A stretch of DNA of 64,000 bases from Centroscyllium fabricii. Its lineage: Eukaryota. The translations under genes were made by a program, and so were the position numbers. Below are positions 37,523 to 50,374 of this stretch, one piece after another. The first letter of the stretch is position 1. Each line of letters begins with the position of its first letter. Where the stretch lies: contig JBNRSN020000012.1 in NCBI GenBank assembly GCA_051313645.2, positions 79,794,001 to 79,858,000 of the forward strand, written 5' to 3'. The notes beneath the pieces are model-generated. The model did not search any database, was not told the DNA's origin, and saw nothing but the letters and a program-made list of their open reading frames with translations.

Positions 37523-40500
37523 TCAGGGAGGAAGAGACCTCCCTCCCAGACCAAGGCTGCTTGGCTGCAGGTGGCTGAGGGGGTCAGCTCCTTGGGCACA
37601 ACACACTGGCTCCAGTGTCGGAAGAGATTACATGACCTGCACCGCACTGCGAGAGTAAGTATTCATTTCCCCTCACCCTCAATCTGATCCCCATCACCTC
37701 TCCTCACCAGCACTTAGCTTCACCACTCCCTTCCTCCACATCCAACTTCACTATCACATCCAAGCAACCTTACCCATTCCCTCTCTCTCTCTATGCTCAC
37801 ACTCACAGTCCTTTTCCACCATGCAGCCCTCACACTCCCTCTCACTCTCATGCTTGCAGCACATCTGGCACCACACAGGGAGAACCTTTGGTCTTGCAGC
37901 CTTACTCCATCTTCCTCTCCCTCCAACTAACTTTGCTGTTCACTCGCTGCACCAACTCCTTCCTTCTCACTCAAACTCCACTTCTCTCCCTCATTGCAGG
38001 AAAAGACAGCCGCGAACAAGTGCCAGAGAGCCAGGAGCGGAGGAGGACCCCCCACCATCCTGCAGCTGAGCACCTGGGAGCAGGCAGTCCTGGAGCTGTT
38101 TGGAGAGGGGCAAGCCCCGGAAGTGGCAGACAGCGAGGCAGGCATGGGTTCGCAAGCTGGTGACAGCATTGTTTCATATCTCTCTCATAGCTATCACATG
38201 AGTCTGGCACAATGAATATAAAAACACTGCAGATGGACTTCTGCTCAGCTGGTGAATGCTATCTCTATATGTAACCTTGGTGACATATCTCTAACCTCTT
38301 TCTTTACTGCCCCACAGGACCATCTGCAGACCGCCGGGGGAGTGCTGCTGCAGGAGATTCAGCCTCTTTGCAGTCCTCAGAGGAAGCTCCCATATCTGAG
38401 GGCGCACCATCAGCAGCACAGACACCACCCAGCACCAGCGCAGATACCAGCACCTCGGTGGGCCCCTCTACAGATAGATTAGTATTGTCACCGGGTGAAT
38501 CACAAAGCACAAGTGAGCCTCAGCAGATTGTGGAGACAGGGACAGCATTGCAGAGTCCTAGTCAGAGGGCGCAGGACTCTGCCAGCTTAGCTGAGCTGCA
38601 TGTCGACCCTGTGCCTCTGGATCCATCAGGCAGAGAACAGATGATGGGACTCCAGACAAGAGATGCAGGCGTGTCTGGCAGGTTTTATCTCCGAGATAGC
38701 TGCGGGTGTCAAGCAAATGGAGGGGTCCGACGCGACCATGAGCAGCTCCTTTGCGGAGTCAGTGGTGCAGAACAGCATCACCAAGGCAAGCATGGCAACC
38801 ACCATGGAAAGGATAGCGACCATGGACGAGAGGCTGGCAATGGCCATTGAGCACATAAGTCACCAATGTTTCAAAGACATGGGGAGTCTTCAGAATAGAG
38901 TGACATCTTGAGGAGCGATGGGCATCTATTGAAGACAGGAACCAGACCTTCATGGAAGTCCCTCTCAGTAGGACTTCCAGTGCAGACACGGGTCCCCATG
39001 GCCCCCCGGAAGTGCAGCAAGGTGCTGTCCAGCCACTTGCTGGTGCTGAGGGGGAGCTGACCCATAAGAGGGAGGTTGGTGGAACAGCTGCAGGAGGTGG
39101 GGGCTCCTGTCCAAGCGCTCCCACATCCACACCACTGCAGAGCCCTCGGTCAGAGGCCCGCCAGAGTCCCAATCCACTTGAGATGGAAGTCTCATACACT
39201 GCCCAGCCGCAGGAGCAGCAGACTGGCGGCGAGCCTTCACAGGCTCGCTGCCCCAGAGGACGCCCGCCAAAGGTGTCCACACAGGAGCAGCAGGGAACTG
39301 AGCAGGGGGCTCCACATCTGCTGACACAACAGTGCCAGATCCACGTAGGAGCACGTGTAGGAGAACAGTTAGGAACTGTTAGGCACAAGGGGAGTCACTT
39401 GGGTGATAGGATAACAACAACTTAGGGTTAAGTTCCGCTGGTCACACAGCAGACCAGTAATGGTGGGACCTGATGCAGTTGTCATGTCTGCCCTCTCGCG
39501 AATGGCCCTTCCACATTGAGGCCTTATGCAGGCTGGCCAACATTCATCCAGGCCTCACAGATATGTAGTGATGCAGATGCAAGCTGGCAGAAGGACTTGC
39601 AGCAAGATGCATGTGGTTCAATAGCAGACAGTGGGTCCATGGTGAAGGTCCTTGAAATTGGCCTACCTGAAGGCTCACACAGACCAGCGACCAGAACGCT
39701 CACTCTGGAAACGATCCATCATGCGAACGACCACAAACCGAACTGTAGTAAACTGCTGACGATTAACGAACAGCTGGAAACAAGCCTCAGGGCTCAACGA
39801 CAACACCAACTAAACTGAAGAGGGATGGAGGTGGGCAATGAACAAATGTGCCAACTGGCCAAAGTGCCCACGCATCCAACATGATGTTCTTGCAGCTGGC
39901 CCCCAACAGCACCTGACCCTCATGTAATGGCTAATGAGCCATGGTGCCAGCTTGCCTCACGTCTCAAATCTCCACCGTGAGCAGGTGTGTCCAGGCCCAC
40001 CACAAAGTTTCGCTCACCATCTGCCACATCTCCTGGCGCATGCTGGGATGCGCAGCGCTGAAGCACCTCCAGGACATCCTCATGCACAGCAACCCCAGCC
40101 GTATGAGCAATCTTGACGGCGCTGCCATTATTGAGCGATACATCCTCAGTGGATTGCAGTACCATTGTGCAGGATCACGGTGAGGACGTCAGGCGGTTGG
40201 TCAGCTTTCAGACGCTTCAGAAGACCCACGAAGTCACTCCAAGCCCCACAGCAGAAGCCAATGCTTGCTGTGAATCTCTGGCGCAGTTGAAAAGGGAGGG
40301 GAATCAGAGTAGGAGTGGTAGACCCTGAGGGACAATGAAAATGAACTTGCAATCTCAAAACTGGACTGGCTGAAGTTCAGCATTGCTGATAATGACTTTT
40401 TGAGCTTTGAAAGCTGCATGTATGCAGGTGTGTTGGCTGGGACAACATTAATGCACTGATTGATAGGTGCTGGCCCTCACTCGAACAACCATTCATGTGG

Positions 40501-40816
40501 CCATGGTTGTTTAATTTTGTCATTAAACTTGATGTTACAGTGGCAACCTTTATTGTTTCTGGGTTCATTATTGCATGTGATGGATGGATGGGAACAGGAC
40601 CATAACTGCAGTGTCTTGTGCGTCAGGGGCCTGGGTGCATGCGCGAGCGCTGAAGGCACTCAGAGGCAATTGGCAGCCTCACAAGCCCACCCCCCACATA
40701 CAGATGTTCTTGCAATAGTGGGGATCATGCAGGTATGAGCTATGGAACTGATTGGAGTGTGGCAGTCAGGATGCGCTGTTAAGATGGTCAGAGTAGCAGG
40801 AGCTGGCTTAAGTAGG

Positions 40817-41136
40817 CTAAGCAAATCTTGCAAGGATGAGCTTGTTCCTTGCTTGCCGGGCAGCAATGTTCTCGCCTAATGCTGGCAGTGGCTGGTGTCG
40901 AACTAGAGCAACCCCGTCCTCTTCCTCCTCCCCTTCCTCTTCCACTTCTTCCTCCTGTTCTTCCTCCTCCTCATCATCCGAGAACGGTATGCGAGGAGCC
41001 AGGACTTGGTCAGGAATTTGCGAGCCACGACGCTGGGCCATGTTGTGAAGTTGACAGCAAACCACTACCATTCTGGAGACCCTGGCTGGGGAGCATTGCA
41101 GGGCTCCACCTGATCTGTCCAAGCATCTGAAACGCA
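40817..41136 (-). pseudogene. HARBI1-like Harbinger transposase, C-terminal fragment
   Basis: MRFRCLDRSGGALQCSPARVSRMVVVCCQLHNMA followed by an acidic tract and ARQARNKLILARF; the N-terminal part is missing at the CR1 insertion. Confidence 0.85.
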
Positions 41137-42576
41137 TCATAGAAACATAGAAACATAGAAGATAGGACCAGGAGTAGGCCATTTGGCCCTTCGAGCCATA
41201 TAGGGGGCGCTGTGCTCCGAACGGACGTTATTGGAGGGAGCTCCTTATAATGTAATTTAAAATTTAAAATTCCATCTCTTTTTTAACTTAAATTTAAAAC
41301 ATCAGCCCCTTGGAAGTAGCTGAGAGTTGGGCTGATGGTTTAGATTTGAATTTTAAATTTAGATTTCAAGTTTTTATGTTCTTTTGAATCTCGATGTTTT
41401 TGGGAGATCTGGCCGAAGGGTAGGCCCCAGATCTCCGTTCTACTCACTGTTGGGCCGTTGGTCGGCGTCGGGCTCTGTTTTTTCGCTCCCGAGGTGCGGA
41501 AGCAGGAAGATCTCGGCAGGCTAAATCGGGCCGTTGGTCGCCGTCGGGCGCTGCTCCCCTGTTCCCGTGCGGGAACAGGAAGATCTCGGCAGGCTAAATC
41601 GGGCCGTTGGTCGCCGTCGGGCGCTGCTCCTTTGTTCCCGTGGTGCGGGAGCTAGAAGAGGTAGTCGGGCCTTATCGGGCCGTTGGTCGGCGTCGTGCGC
41701 TGTTCCTTCTCTCCGGAGGTGTGGAAGGTAGAGGAGGTTGTCGGGCCTTCATCGGGCCGTTGTCATTGTCGGGCGTTGTCCCTTTGCTCCAGAGATGCGG
41801 GAGCATGAAGAACTCGTTGGGCGTGAATCGGGCCGTTGGTTGCAGGTGGACTCTTTCACTTTTCTTCCAGAAGACTCTATGGGCATTCATGGAACAGTGG
41901 TCGGAGTTGGGGACTAGTTTTCTTCAATCCAGGAGCTGAGAAATTGGTTCGCCTGAGTGGTCTGCGGTCGGATGGATGGATGGATGATTGGCGATCGGGT
42001 CGCCTTCTGCACTCCCTTAAACATTGATTGACTTGAACATTTATATATATTGAATTGGTTGAATAGCGTCGAATTTAGGAACCGGAGCACATGCGGACCC
42101 TCAACGATGGCGCCGGAAAAATGGCTTGACGTCTTGTGGGTTCTCGCGTGCTGTGTGTCTTTGTTCCTTGTTGTTTAGTTGTAGTTGTTTGGTTGATACA
42201 TAGTGCGTGAAAACTGCAGTAAGCATTTCACCTTCTGAATTTGTTGTTTATTTTCAGTTGTGTGACAAATAAAAAATTTACTTACTTACTTACTAATTAG
42301 ATCATGACTGATCTTTCAGATTCAGTACCCTGTCCCTGCCTTCTCCCCATATCCCTTGATCCCTTCAGCCTGAAGAAATATATCCAACTCCTTCTTGAAT
42401 ATATTTAATGAACTGGCCTCCACCGCCCTCTGTGGCAGAGAATTCCACAGGTTCGCCACTCTCTGGGTGAAGAAATTCCCCCTCATCTCAGTCCTAAATG
42501 GCTTACCCCTTATCCTTAGACTGTGACCCCTGGTTCTGGACTCCCCGACCATCGGGAACATCCTTCCTGCATCTAG
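41137..42576 (-). mobile_element. 5'-truncated CR1 whose 3' UTR is split by a 1.1-kb insertion
   Basis: (CATAGAAA)n tail at 41137-41160; UTR resumes near 42296; ORF end RMFPMVGESRTRGHSLRIRGKPFRTEMRGNFFTQRVANLWN. Confidence 0.8.
41200..42294 (+). mobile_element. Unclassified non-coding retroposon-like insertion with internal tandem repeats
   Basis: Six roughly 65-80-bp units starting GGGCCGTTG (41451-41840); 3' 'gtgacaaataaaaaa' followed by (TTAC)n. Confidence 0.55.
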
Positions 42577-42968
42577 TACATAAGAACATAAGAAATAGGA
42601 GCAGGAGGCGGCCAATCGGCCCCTCGAGCCTGCTCCGCCATTCAACAAGATCATGGCTGATCTGATCCTAACCTCAATTTTATTTTTACTCTCCATCCCG
42701 CCCAAACCCATGTGATCACCCGGGAGAGGCGAAAAACCAGATAAAAAACCCAGTGGCCAATTTGGGAGACAAAATCTGGGAAATTCCACTCCGGCCCATC
42801 TAGGCGATCGAAAGCTGGTCCAGGAGATCACATGGCCGATCTGAACATAGCCTCATGTCCACTTACCTGCCCGCTCACCATAACCCCTAATTCCCTTTAC
42901 TTCCAGGAAACTGTCTATCTCTGTTTTAAATTTATTCAATGTAGTAGCTTCCACAGCTCTCTGGGGCA
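42577..42968 (-). mobile_element. CR1 3' end with long structured UTR
   Basis: Nearly identical to 50375-50765; (CATAAGAA)n tail. Confidence 0.85.
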
Positions 42969-43720
42969 TCTTGAGCAAGCTTTCCCAGGTCACACTGCAG
43001 AAGTGTTTGAGGATTCAACCTTCCACAGGTGTGCTGAAGCCTGTTGCAAGTATCCCCAGGATTGAGACAGCAATGTGGTTGCGAATGCCAATGATGGCTG
43101 ATTAAATGTGAGCCTTCAATGAGGGACCGGCCACAGAGACTCAGCAATCCGAGTGAGTTCCCACAAGGGTTTCACCGGACGGGGTTTACGGTGGCGGGGT
43201 TTGTGCGGGACACAGCTGAAAGTTGCTAAGGGCCCTTAAAATGGCATTAAAGATGGCAATTAAGGGACCTTAATGACCTTAACAAGCATCCCCGCCGGGC
43301 GCCGGTGGGAAAGATTCGGGGCGGGGAAAAAGGCCGCCCAAAAATTCAAAGCCGGCGGGGAATGGGCGGGCTTGGGCGGGAACCAAAATTTTTCGATTTT
43401 CACCTCACGGCCGCCCAAAACACCGCCTGATGGGGACATGAAAACCCCCCCGTACATTCCACAATCTGTGATTTTAACAGAGGCATTGACTCATTTAAAA
43501 TTTAGTAGATTAATGCCTGCAGGTGAACGCTTACATTAAAGTAACACACAGCTCTCTGCTAATAATGCCAATTATTAATTTCAGGCTTATTGCTCTTGTC
43601 ATAATAACAGTCTTAAAACTAGTCTTTGTAATGCATGGAGATAGAAAGAACCTATTTGCAGAAGGGGGATAGGATGGAGTTTGCTTCTGTAGCTCCTACT
43701 TCTTTCCAGATAAAAATATC

Positions 43721-44307
43721 GGGCCCAAACATTCATGGGTCGAGGGCGTGCATCCTGGTGAAAGTGCTAGGATGTGCCCTTCTGAACCTCCGCCACTGAC
43801 CCTACCAAAGTTAGCACAATCAGGGGGCGATCCCTTGATTTGCATGTGAATGGTAAGTTCCCAAGTCACCAAGGGCACATCTAGGTAGGGTGCCTACCTG
43901 GACCAGAGGCCACAATTTCCAGTATAACTTGCTGATTCTAGGGGGTGCTGGGTTCTCCCCAGAAATAATTTTTAAGTGCCCACAGTGTAAGGGTGCGCAT
44001 TTATAGAATGAAGAATTTCCCTTTTCCTTTGTGTGGGAAGTGAGGTCCAGGCCATCATCTGGCCTGAATCCCAAGGTAGAGCTCACTACTGCCATCTGAT
44101 GGGCTGATATGCCATTCTGCCACTGGTCATACTTACCCTCTCATGTATCAACTGCCTCATTTAGGCCAGGAAGGGACTCTTTCCCCCTGAGGCCAGATAG
44201 AAACTCCAGATCATATGCCTGATTTCAATCTAATTTGCAGTCATCCTGCCGCATTCTAGCTAGAGTTATGCAGCAGCGCATGAGAAGTGCGGTGAATGTT
44301 GTGCCCC
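43721..44307. mobile_element. Old MITE-like element
   Basis: Imperfect TIRs GGGCCCAAACATTC and GAATGTTGTGCCCC; flanks ATC/ATA. Confidence 0.35.
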
Positions 44308-44884
44308 ATATTGTGTAACGCCTTTATTGTTGCTTTAAGCCCCAATGTGCCAGACAGGGCTGGCCCATTTTGAGCCTTTCTCTACATGGAGACCCCTTGA
44401 AGGAGTGATGTGATTTAATTTTGGTCTTATTATTTTGAAACTAAAGGTTTCAATGAGATGCTTCCTATTTGCATTTTCCATAATCAGAATCTTTGATCAA
44501 CAATTCTATAAATATGATTTTTAATTTTTTTAATAGGTTACTGTAACACTACTCCAAATGCATGTTGAGTTAATCGGCTGTTTGGAAAATTGTTTACGAA
44601 ATAGTGGTTTGGCAATGTTCTTTTCTATTTATATGTCAAAATGTCTTGCAGGGCACTTTTAACTTGAGTGTATTACTTGTTTAAAGTATTATTGTGTGTA
44701 TGTTTATATATATATATACTAGATGTATTATTAATTACTGGAAGTAAAGCAATATTCTGATACAAGATACTTCAGGCAGAATTTGGACAACACATAGCTA
44801 CAGTTTAGTGATTTTAATCATTATGTGTAGGCTCTTTAAGCCAAAAAAGTCAAAACTATTTGCTTTCAACTCCCCTAATGTCTC

Positions 44885-45215
44885 AATGGTTCACTGCACT
44901 GCTTGATGTGGTATTGAGTCAAACAGACCTGGCCAACATGTATCCCTCAACAAACACCAGGAAGGTACCAAGTTTGATCTCCAGTCTGTGCCAAGGTAGC
45001 TAAACTCAATCGGAAAGACAGTTAAGATACTCCAAATGCTCTCAGCAGCTCTGGAATAAGGAGGAGAAAAATAGGCAGGTTTTCTGCCCATAGGTCATTA
45101 TCCATGTAACGCTGCTAGCAAATGTGTATGTTAAATGCATTTGAGGGGAGGGTCATGTTCAACTGGAATCCTACCCATAGTAGAATAGCATGCTGATATT
45201 CACCATCGAGTCTCT
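44885..45215 (+). mobile_element. Possible ancient tRNA-derived SINE relic
   Basis: 'accaggaaggtaccaagtttgatctccagtctgtgccaaggtagct' resembles a degenerate B-box head; family not certain. Confidence 0.3.
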
Positions 45216-47038
45216 TCTACCAGGTGGAGAAAATTGGCAAAAAAATTGAAGAGAAAAAAACATTGTTTTCAAATCATTTAAATGTGTTCAGTGGAGATCA
45301 ATTTTAGTTACTCCTGGTTCATATACTTTTGACATTATCTCCACCCTTCAATCGTCAATCCCTGGCAAGCAACAGATATGGCAGCACAGTGGCGTAAAGC
45401 ACACTTACTGAACATAATCTCTGCTACTAAAACTTTGAACCAGTTGAGTGAGTGTCCATGACCTGTTTGCAAGGTAGTTATCCTTGCCTCCCACATTGTG
45501 TAGCACTGCCACTTCAGTACCAGTAAAGGAAGACTCTGTAGCTACACTTTTCCCCACCAGTTTGAAGCAAACCACACTGTCAATTATCTTGAAAAAAGCT
45601 GAACATGGGCCAGGCCAATCCATATATCAAACAGCAGGTTTCAGATCAGCTGTACAGTTAACTGGCATATTGAGAAAACCTCATATTATGTAGTATCCAT
45701 AGTACAGCGTATTACAAATTTACTGATTTACTTACTTCTATCCATGATTACAAGTTCTGCAAATACATTGTGGTCTTTATTTCCCAAAGACTGCACAGTC
45801 AGTACTTTAGAATGTTGATTTTCTTTTATTTTAAATCATTAAGTCAGTTAGTTTAATCGCTTTAAGTGTTCTCCATAACTACAGGTTTGTTAAAATAATT
45901 GAAACCAGTAGCAAATTCAGTTGAATTGATGACCGTGCACTCAGATTCACACTTCAGCATTGGTTCCGTGGTATTTTAAAGTATTGCAAAAGCAACATAA
46001 AACTGTTCAGTTTAAAAGTATCAAGGGTGGGCATGGATAGAATGTAGGCAATGATTCTGTGTGTGGCCTCTGCTACTCTAACGTTTTGCTTGTATCGTAA
46101 CAGAATACAATAAGGCATGAACTTCTATGAAGGCAAAAGAGAACTATGGGCCAGGGAAAAAAATTGCGCATTGACTTCTGAGAATGGACTCAGGCATCCA
46201 CTGGCCTGGAACAAAAGCATCTGACAGGGGTTAACAATGATGGCATCATCCACCTCCTAAAGAAAGTTGATAGTTAATTGCACAAGACAGATTTTTTTTA
46301 ACAACACAGCAGCCCCTTGCTTCAGTTGCTGCATGCAGAGTGCAGTCAGTTATACAAAACTATTTTGAAGGAACAATTATGCCAAGGGGAAAAAAACTGT
46401 GAAAATGGTAATTTCACCAGCTAATGAGCTACAGGCTGCCCTGCTTGTCTCTCGCCTACCAATCTGCAGTGAGCCTTGACTCAAATGAAAGAAAATGCCG
46501 CAGAGTTCAGGAGAACTTGAGCAACATCTCAGCAGGCAGTAATTCATCTGAGAAGAATGAAAATCACAGTATAGTCAAGCCATGCAGTAGGTCTTAGCAT
46601 GCTAAAAGTAGCAATAGACTTCTAGATCCCTGTTGGGTATTTCTATGAGATTGAATAAAAACGGAACACTTGATAAAATGTATTCAAAAATTTCCTTCAC
46701 TAAGACACGCTTTTCATTACTGTAAACAGTTATTTACCATAGCCCATAGCATAACAATAATGCATATATGAAACCATCATGTTGGAACATGGCTTTGTTA
46801 AGCTGCAGCATATGCGGGAGCATATCTGAATTCAAAACAAATTGGCTCTGTTTGCGCACACAAGAAGTTTAATTATCTGGCACTAATTTATTCAAACTAG
46901 TTTCACTTGGTTTAAAATATTAATGTCTTCAGTACCATAAATTTTAAACATGATGTGGAGGTGCCGGTGTTAGACTGGGGTGGACAAATGCAAGAAGTCA
47001 CACAACACCAGGTTATAGTCCAACAGTTTTATTTTAAA

Positions 47039-47075
47039 TCACAAGCTTTCGGAGCGCTGCTCCTTCCTCAGGTGA
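47039..47075 (-). ncRNA. Minimal type I hammerhead ribozyme motif (ephb3 sense strand)
   Basis: ucac-CUGAGGA-a-GGAGC-agc-GCUCC-GAAA-gcuu-guga. Confidence 0.7.
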
Positions 47076-47131
47076 AAGAGAAGTTGATTTAAAGAACGCA
47101 CATATGTGCGTTCTTTAAATCAATTTCTCTT

Positions 47132-47168
47132 TCACCTGACGAAGGAGCAGCGCTCCGAAAGCTTGTGA
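47132..47168 (+). ncRNA. Minimal type I hammerhead ribozyme motif
   Basis: ucac-CUGACGA-a-GGAGC-agc-GCUCC-GAAA-gcuu-guga; palindromic AAGCUU in place of stem III. Confidence 0.7.
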
Positions 47169-50100
47169 TTTAAAATAAAACTGTTGGACTATAACCTGGT
47201 GTGTGACTTCTTGCATAAATTTTAAATACTACAGTATATTTCGAGACTGGGTGGTCCAATACATTAGAACACTGGACTTATCCCTGGGACCCAGATCTGA
47301 ATCCAGCTCCAATCGATGGCAATTAAGGTCTAAAATGAAAGAAATTTGGACAATCTTAACCAAGTTCACAATTCATTCACTGTCTCACTCAGAAAGGCCC
47401 AAGGGGTGGCTGACGTTGAAAATAAAAAAAATCACAGTGGTGCAAAAGGAAGTGAGCATTTGAGATTGGTGTTAATGTACATTCTTGCAACTCAGGAAAC
47501 TTTGCTATGCATCTGTTCTATGCTAGATCTGATCTAGGAGTGCTTGATGCTGACATCAGATGCTAAAAATGGAAAATGTTTTTCAGTCACCTTGTTTGCC
47601 TTGATAGGTTTCTTTATCAATAGAAGACTGTTGAATTCAAAGGGATGAGCAAACTTTGGGCAATGTCTTAACCTCCAGTAATTTTAAAATATAACAAAAT
47701 TATATATATATATACATACAGTATATATAATCTTCATTTGGTTGAGCAGTAGCCAGTTATTTCTCCCATAAAATGCACAAACATATAGCTCGTCTATCCA
47801 TGATTGACCAATAACCGGAATAACAACTTTGCATTTTCCTAATGAGGTCCTATTTCCTAGGCTACATCCTGTCACAGTCACACACCCTATAAGTCAGTCA
47901 TTCATAAATCTTAAGCACTGCAGTCAGTGCACATAGGGCCAAACTGTTCTCCTATGGTCATTGCATAAGTGTGAATAATTAAACAGACAATGGGCAACTT
48001 ACAAACCAACGCTTTCTTCCTCCCCAATTTATTCATATCGCAATGAAGTAAATCTACTGTAGATGTATTACAATGGTGAGGTCTGTCTGGATTTTTTTCA
48101 CAGATATTACAATGCGATTGCCAATGGTACAATGGGAATTCTTGCTAAATGACACAACTGTGATTTAACCATGGACTAATTAACATCTAAAGTCGAACAT
48201 AAGTCCAAAGAAGTCCTTTTCTGAAACTGTTTACCCAGTTACACTGTAATATCAATTAAGCTGGGATGCAGTTAAACACTTAAGTAACAGGAACCTCTTT
48301 CTGGCTCCTGCTGACACAAAATTATTACAATACAACATTCAACTAAGTGCTTCTTATTCTTGTCAACAAGTCAAAATGTTTGCATTTAAAATAAACAGGT
48401 TGAAGTGGACTTACAGTAAACTAGTGAAACTGGCATATACATATTTGGCAAGATCATAAAAATGACTGCAGTGTTTGAATATAGACCCTAGAACTTAGTC
48501 AGAAATGAAAGAATGTTATAAAAGGATGAATCAACTTAATTTGGTTAGGTATGGGTGATGCTGTGGGTGGAGTAACAAAGAAACCACTGTCTAAGTATGG
48601 CATTGGCTTTCTGAAATGCAGAATCACTAACCAGTTCCTGATCACAGAGGCAGCCCCAGGCAAAAAAATCACACTCTGTGAAACCTTTTCTCACGCTTTG
48701 TACTGTTTTATTAATGCACACATCTTACCTTCCACTTTGCATGGCTTACTTTTATGTACCCAGGTTATGCAGCAACTATTAAATCTTCATTATGGTATGT
48801 AAAAACAATAGCTGAATCTTTTACTAAAAGTAATAAGAATTACATTTGCAATGAGCGCTGAATGTATTTTTGTTTTATCTATGTAACAGTTGCTTAGACT
48901 ATTTTACATTTTTTTAGCCCAGGGCCAGAGGCCAGCTGTGTTTGCTGTTACCTAGACATTTTACAAGAGTTTTGTAATTTTCTTCTATTATCTTTATTGA
49001 TTGTTCTTATCTTCAGTCTCATCCATAAAAAAATTATAGTCCTGTGGTTTAACAGGCGTCTACTACAACTGTTACAATTGGTTTTACCTCGTGGGTTGTT
49101 TCATGGTCTCAGCAAAGTACAAAACCTCTCAACACATTGATGTTTAACTTCTCAGTAAAACCCAGATGGTATCTATTCCTTAAAGGGGGTTTGCTATTTA
49201 GTAAACTGTCTTGCAAGGCAATTTAGCCAGCACACTATCATCAGTGTTGGTGAAATTCTATCACTGAATTCACAAACTGCACAAAAAAATGTAAAGCATA
49301 GTTAGTAATGTGAAAATGGCATTGCAAAATTCTTGCATTGAAGAAAATATAGCATCTGTTGCGATGGTGTTCCAATGGGCAATATGATGATATTGCAGCA
49401 GATTTTTCACAGCACAATATTGCTGCACTTGCCCAAATTCTTTCCAATGAACTGAAAATACTAGATTCCTCAGCACGATTCCACAATAAATGAACCATAC
49501 ATAACACACTATAAATGTACTATGCATAACCCACCACAATAAATGTACCATACATAACTCATCACAATAAATTAACCATGCATAACCCACCACAATAAAT
49601 ATATCATACATAACCCACCACAATAAATGAACCATACATAACCCACCACAATAAATTAACCATACAGGGCATGACAAAACCGCTTGCCCGCTTGCCCGGG
49701 GCAAGCAAAATGCGCCGATGGGCAAGCAAATGAAAATCGCACTTGCCCGGTCGGGCAAGTGTGATGTATTTCACATCGATGATCGGGGCCATGGGATGAT
49801 CGTCTTTACGTCTCGGTCTGCCGCGGCAGTCGATTGGAGGAGGCGGTGCGTCAAATTGATTGGTTGACGAAGACGGAAACGGGTGGGTGGATCCCGCCCT
49901 GGAGGCGGGTGCGGATTGGCCGGGGGGGCCGGGCAGCATGGCAGGGATTGGAGGAGGTGGCGTGTCAATCAGGGGACGGGACAGCAGTCAGGTTAGGTGG
50001 AGCGGGCTGGTGGAACGCGGCAAGAGTAGGTCGGTACCGTCGACCCACTGAGGGGGAGAGAAAAGACCGGAGCACTTCTGAGAAGAAAAAAAAACAACTC

Positions 50101-50173
50101 GATCTTTATTCTTTCGATCAGTTATAAAATCTTTATAACTACTCCTCAGTGGGGGGAAAATATATATCAAAGA

Positions 50174-50314
50174 ACGGTGGGGGAAATAGAGTGAGGGAGA
50201 AGCCGAGACCCAGTCCCGAGTATTTGATGCAGCTGATGAACGACAAGAAGCTGATATCGAGCCGGCCCAACTTTTGCGACAACTTCACGGACCCGGAGCG
50301 GCTGCTGGACGAAG
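50174..50314 (+). pseudogene. qki: Captured, disabled copy of QKI (Quaking) coding exon 1
   Basis: ACG(was ATG)-VGEIE, 1-nt deletion, then [40 protein letters not shown]+G, against [50 protein letters not shown]; a second partial copy [10 protein letters not shown] at 50343-50373. Confidence 0.88.
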
Positions 50315-50374
50315 GAGAGAGAGTGAGGGAGCCCGCGGCGGCTTCACGCACCTGGAGCGGCTGCTGGACGAAGG

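Larger units (their letters stand above)
37174..39425 (+). pseudogene. Harbinger Myb/SANT-like DNA-binding protein, spliced and disrupted
   Basis: PAPRFDEASLDALVEG...AAWLQVAEGVS..WLQCRKRLHDL|gtaagt (37654); ag|EKTAANKCQRARSGGGPP..LSTWEQAVLEL (38000); further acceptor near 38318; in-frame TGA and a Penelope insertion in the first exon. 3' limit approximate. Confidence 0.75.
36919..43451. mobile_element. Decayed autonomous-type PIF/Harbinger transposon with convergent Myb-like and transposase genes and nested insertions
   Basis: G7ATTTT and AAAAC7 termini shared with the MITEs at 10484 and 12225; Myb/SANT-like gene on +, HARBI1-like C-terminus on -. Confidence 0.8.
46949..47213. mobile_element. 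Penelope-like spacer-less fold-back insertion
   Basis: Arms symmetric about CACAT|ATGTG (47103/47104); 13-bp TSD CATAAATTTTAAA at 46936-46948 and 47214-47226. Confidence 0.88.

Noticed and set aside
41451-41840. CRISPR-like repeat-spacer appearance (also 32700-33400)
   Set aside because: The spacers are homologous to each other, there are no cas genes and the context is a vertebrate intron.
47245-47600. LF-SINE-like relic
   Set aside because: Similarity to the recalled consensus is too weak to support without a search.
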